Assembly (NCBI GenBank): GCA_013239625.1 | Contig: MU053652.1 | Coordinates: forward strand, 6,377,902-6,441,901 | Source: Lama guanicoe | Lineage: Eukaryota | DNA length: 64,000 nucleotides | Direction: 5' to 3' | Part shown: positions 59,353 through 64,000 of the stretch, piece after piece | Layout of the letters: every line of letters starts with the position of its first letter | How positions within the stretch are numbered: the stretch's first letter is position 1 | Made by a program: the position numbers and the translations under genes | Notes under the pieces: model-generated | The model's database searches: none | What the model was told of the DNA's origin: nothing | Seen by the model: the letters and a program-made list of their open reading frames with translations, nothing else

Positions 59353-60361
59353 TTTCCTCTTTATCACTCAGAGAGCAATCCTGTAGGCAGTCTGGGAAAG
59401 GCATTAAAAAATCCTATTTGATTGCACTTAGCCCTTCCAGTTTACCATATTATTACTATTATTTTGGAGTGTCTAGAATATTATAAACTCATACACCTTG
59501 AAGAAACTCTCTTTTTCATTTGTAGGGCAAGGATTAAGTACATCTTGTTCTGATTACCATCAGTGTAATCAGATGGACAGTCCATTTGTATCCGAGAACT
59601 AATGTATCATTTTATCAATGTTCAGTATTTTCAGAAGTATACATTTTAAAATCCTCACAATCTTGAATCCTGGCTGTCTTCACTTTTATCTTTGCAAAAT
59701 TACCTCTGTTATAGAACAGAGAAAATTGAGAATTGACCATGAATCTATTAACTCAATGCTGAAATAAATGGAGTCTTATATTTATACTTCTGAAAGTAGA
59801 TGAAATGTAATGTTCTGCTAGTTAAGTCATTTGACCATTATTAGAATCTATAAGAGGATACTCTGATTGTACTGATTTCATAAATACTGTAATACAAAAA
59901 AGGAAATACTACATGTATAAGTCATTCTGCAGTAATTAAAAACAGATGACTTTATAGTTGAATTTTTATAGGATCTTCTTGAACAATGGGAGATAAGAAA
60001 ATCATGGGAAAATAGAAAAAAAGATAATTCCTATAATGTTGATCATAGAATGAAAAGTCCATAAACTATATTTTCACTTTATATAAATATTATAGTCCAA
60101 CTTTTAATTGATATTAGGAAATTGTTGCATCTGCAATTAGTATTGTCTGACTAAATATAATTTATTCATTATCATCATTTTCTCTAAATTACAGATTTCT
60201 ACTTGATTTTGCATACTACATAGTGCTTAGACATAAAGGAAATTTATTAGATGAAAGTTTATTAAAAGTGAGGCTATGAATAAAAATATAGCATTGAACG
60301 ATGTATTGATTGCAAAAAATTAAGTAAAAATTCTCTTTTCTTGTCTGACCAGGACCTGAGC

Positions 60362-60400
60362 TGTTTGTTTGTTTGTTTGTTTCTTTTTTTTTTTTTTTTG
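60362..60400. repeat. (GTTT)n plus poly(T)
   Basis: Seen directly. Confidence 0.9.
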
Positions 60401-60759
60401 GTTGGGTTGTTTAGATAGTTACTGAATGTTCTTGTAATTTGGCTTTTGAAGCCTAGGAAATAACTAATACTATATAGCTAGTTCGAGGCTTGATTATTTG
60501 TTTGTTTTGTTTTATTTCTGTTTTTTTGTGACCAAGAAAATTGCTCCTAAGAATCAGAGGCTAACCTTATTTTTCTATACCTTATGTTACCAGTGAATGA
60601 AGATAAATTATGGATTTTTCCCTCTCATTGTCCATCTTTAGTGATATACATTATATTGCTACATCACTACTTCAAATCAAGTTTTATTCAGAACTTAATC
60701 ATACTTTCCATAAAAAATCTTTTAGATAGTAAGGTGAGCACTAAATTAGTATGTTCTCA

Positions 60760-61030
60760 TACTCAAACATAGTACAGTTCATGCATTTAAAATTCAAACA
60801 CAGAAAAAGTCAATACTGTATGTGGAAAGATAAGTTAGTAATGGGATAATGAATTCAAAATTAGAGATACTATTTATCCCTGAGAGTGCTGACAGTGTAC
60901 TGGAGTGGCTCTTAAAACCTTCAGAATATAAGAGATGTATTTCTCAAGCTTGCTGTTTGGTAACTGAGTCATCGTTAACATTTTTTGTCTTTGTCCATAT
61001 TTATAATTAGTACATATGTTGCCCTTTCTT
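60760..61030 (+). mobile_element. Ancient L1M 3' UTR fragment
   Basis: catagtacagttcatgcatttaaaattcaaacacagaaaaag…tatttctcaagcttgctg. Confidence 0.45.
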
Positions 61031-62244
61031 TTGTATTCACTAATCTTCCTATAATCAAAACAAAAATTTTAAATAGCTAACTATCCATTATAATTTGTGT
61101 GTTCTTGGCAAAACTTCTATGGTTACTGTACAATTTTTGAGGGGTAAGAGTGTTTGATTTTGAAAACTGCCTCAGTTCTTCTGAAATACTGGATTTAATA
61201 TGATAATGTAAAGTGAAAATAAAATCATTAGTAAGCATGCTGCCCTGGGAGGAAATGTTCAGTTTAATCAATAGAAGAGAAAACCACACATTAAAGGACA
61301 ACAAAATTAATTCATAGAGTATGATAGTGCCCTGAACCAAGAGAATACGAAATATTAATTATGACTTATTGAAGGAGGTGGTCAAAGAAATTTGGTTAAA
61401 AAATATGTATATATAGCTGAGGAAACTAAAAAGAGGACATGACAATCTTTCTACTAGGTCTAGAAAGTCATGCAAATTGAAATTCAGTATGTTTTATCAT
61501 TCTTTAAGTGAGTTCTAAAATGGCATTTTATATTAGAATATTAGAAATACTAAAATAATATAAATATCTTAAGCAGTTACATTGATGTTTCTTATGAAGA
61601 CACACAAACAATATTACTTGATTCTTTTTATTGCAATGTGCCAGCAATTTCTCTTGCTCTGGTGTGGTGGAGAGGAACACATTACCAGTATAGAACATTG
61701 TCATAAATTATTACCTGAGGATTTTGAGTTGTTGTTTTGGTCTTATATATTATCCATGGTGTATTTGTCACATTTTAATATATCTTAAGATTCAAATTTT
61801 CTATAAATTAAGTCATAATTATATATAAATATATATAATATATAAATATAAATCATTTATGAATGATGTAGATATTTCATTTAATTAATAAAAATAAGTC
61901 CTCATATAGGTAAATTGGGATGCAAACCAGCTCACTGGGTTTTGCTGTTGTTGTTTTGTGTGAAGAAAATCACTGTGTTTTAATTAATTCACAAACAATA
62001 GCATCACAAAAGGTGGTTTAAGGAGGCCACACAAACATCTGTCCAGCTCCAAACTCTACACCAACTCAATGAACTACACAGTAAGAATGCCCTCTTCCAC
62101 TGCAATTCTGAAGCAAAGAAGCTATAACGATAAAGAAGAGGTTTCACTGGTGGTTTTACACTGTAAACTTTTACTATGAATTATATTTTTATGCTAAATT
62201 ATCTTGGTCATGAGAGATGATTTTCCATTTCTTCAATTTGAACT

Positions 62245-62300
62245 TCCTAATTGGCTAACGCGTTGGCAAGTCTGCAGTTTCAGCAGCTCGCCGAAACCCT
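62245..62300 (+). promoter_or_regulatory. Candidate proximal promoter (inverted CCAAT box, small CpG cluster)
   Basis: taATTGGct at 62248-62256 (AGCCAAT on the minus strand), a second TTGGC, and four CpGs in aacgcgt…ctcgccg, about 70-115 bp upstream of the Kozak ATG. Confidence 0.3.
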
Positions 62301-62362
62301 CACAAAGCTTAAAGTCACCCTGGTCCTGGGCACACTCTGAAACTGTTTCATCTTACAGTGCC

Positions 62363-62399
62363 ATGGGCCACTGCTGCTGCTGGCTCCCCAAGGCTCCTG
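62363..62399 (+). CDS. Candidate first coding exon encoding MGHCCCWLPKAP(G…), a putative dual-acylation N-terminus; gene not recognised
   Basis: Kozak GCCATGG; acceptor tgtttcatcttacag 4 nt upstream of the ATG; consensus donor CTG|GTAAGT at 62399/62400 (phase 1); GC-rich patch in AT-rich non-repeat DNA. Confidence 0.45.
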
Positions 62400-63034
62400 G
62401 TAAGTGAGGTCACGTCTTGAGGCTCAACATTACTTCCTTCACTGAAGCCCCAGTGATGGCTCAAATTTCCAATTTTAACTCAATCCTTAATTATCAGTTT
62501 CTCATTTCATTGCCCTTGGTTGAAAGCTCTATTCTCTTCTCTCCACCAATGACTGCCTCATTTTCTTTGAGATTTTCAGTTTGCTGCCTCCGTGAAATAT
62601 ACCTTGGAAACTGCATCCATTCTGAACAATCTTTTGATTTTAAAAGCATTTATTAATCTTTGACTGAAAGCAAGACTAGTTGTCTGGTAATGGAGTATGA
62701 TACTAGTAACATTTCCAGGTTATCTATCGGTTAACAGAAATTTCCCTTTGCGTTCCATAAACATGGGGAAGTTTTCTTAGGTCTTACTTGAAGAGCTAAG
62801 ATTTTTAAGGATTATTTAGAAATATTGACCATAAAAGTAGAAAAATGTTTTTTTTCTGGGTAGTATGGAGTAGAGGTGGACTCTGTGGAAGTGGTTTTAG
62901 TCAAAAGCCACTTACTTTATATCTGGAACTAGTAGAAGAAAACTGCTGCCCAAGAAATTTTGGCTAGTCATGACAATCTATTTTAGGATAAATAATCTGA
63001 TAAACTAAAACAAAGTATGCTTTCTGATGTTTAT

Positions 63035-63175
63035 TGCTGCATTTATTAATTAATTTAATATATTTTCTAAATAGCAACCATGTGCCTGATATTTTTCTAG
63101 GAATAAAAGGTACATCAATAAACATGACAAAAAAAAATCCTTGCTTTTACAGAGCTTGAATCTTCTCCTAGTATA
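63035..63175 (-). mobile_element. L2 3' tail
   Basis: tagcaaccatgtgcctgatatttttctagg…aatccttgcttttacagagcttgaatct. Confidence 0.6.
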
Positions 63176-63189
63176 ATTATGGCTTTTAA

Positions 63190-63440
63190 TTAATATTAAA
63201 AATTATAATGTATTTTGAAATTATTTGGGGTAATGCCCCATCTCTTCTCAAAGAGTTCATCATTTTATCTGACATTATTGAACAAACCCAGCTTTTGCTC
63301 ACTAATATGAAATGCCTCATTTCATATATACAATTTCTATGTGCATACTTGGGTTTATTTAGACTCTGTTGTCTCTTTTCTTTTACTGGTTTATCTTATT
63401 CTTCTCATCCCAGGACCAAATGATCATCACAAAAATGCTA
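63190..63440 (-). mobile_element. Ancient L1M ORF2 fragment
   Basis: gaaatgcctcatttcatatatacaatttctatgtgcatacttgggtttatttagactctg is an L1 antisense motif. Confidence 0.55.
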
Positions 63441-64000
63441 CTGTGGCTCTTGTCCAGAAGCTGTCATTATTATTACTGTTATTATTACATGGCACCAAAT
63501 CTGAAGCAGAATTCAATGAGATCTTTATTTCTCTAAAATTAAATATATTTCAGAAGGCAAAGTAAAAAGCGTGAATTTTACTGAGAATGTGTTTTAGAAT
63601 AAGGGACAATAACAGTGATAATAATAATTAACAATTAACATTGAACATTTCTCCTCTATCAAAATTGCTTTTCTCTAAAATTCTAGTTCTCTCTCCTTTG
63701 GATTCTCAGTCAACTTTCCCCAGCCTCCAGCCTTCGGTCTCTTCAAACATCTTATTCTTGGTCCTTCATTTTGCATGTAAATATATTTAGTTCTGCCCCA
63801 GCTCTTTCAAAGTGAGCAATTAAATTCCTCTAAGAGTGTGAAAGTTCTTTATAGTGAGAATGAATCAGTGCTAAGAAAACAGATGTTCCAATTATTAAAA
63901 CCCACTGATTTAGAAAAGACAGAGTAGGGGGGTGATAGTTAAGTAGTGGAGGGATCATGAATCATAAATAACACAAACATCTTTTTGTTGATCTTAAACG

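Overview
This is AT-rich, CpG-poor mammalian genomic DNA. It is most likely a camelid (Camelus/Vicugna/Lama), judged from a vic-1-like tRNA-derived SINE at ~19.8 kb and three related, younger L1 3' fragments. The window looks like a large intron or gene-poor region. Much of it is decayed interspersed repeats: MIR, L2, ancient and younger L1, MaLR/ERVL/ERV1 solo LTRs, and Tigger and hAT-Charlie MITEs. I recognise no long protein-coding gene; the six-frame ORFs are chance, low-complexity or L1-derived. There are no prokaryotic-type systems, CRISPR arrays or rRNA. The best unexplained signal is a short + strand exon at 62359-62399 with a strong Kozak ATG and a consensus donor, encoding MGHCCCWLPKAP(G). 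That looks like an N-myristoylation plus palmitoylation membrane anchor, and it has promoter-like elements just upstream. Several other well-formed + strand candidate exons could be its 5' UTR or a lncRNA. Other points of interest are a split LTR carrying a captured insert, two divergent solo LTRs, convergent or inverted L1 pieces with unusual CpG content, and palindromic transcription-factor-site clusters. Repeat family names come from recalled consensus similarity, not a database run, and the boundaries of old repeats are approximate.
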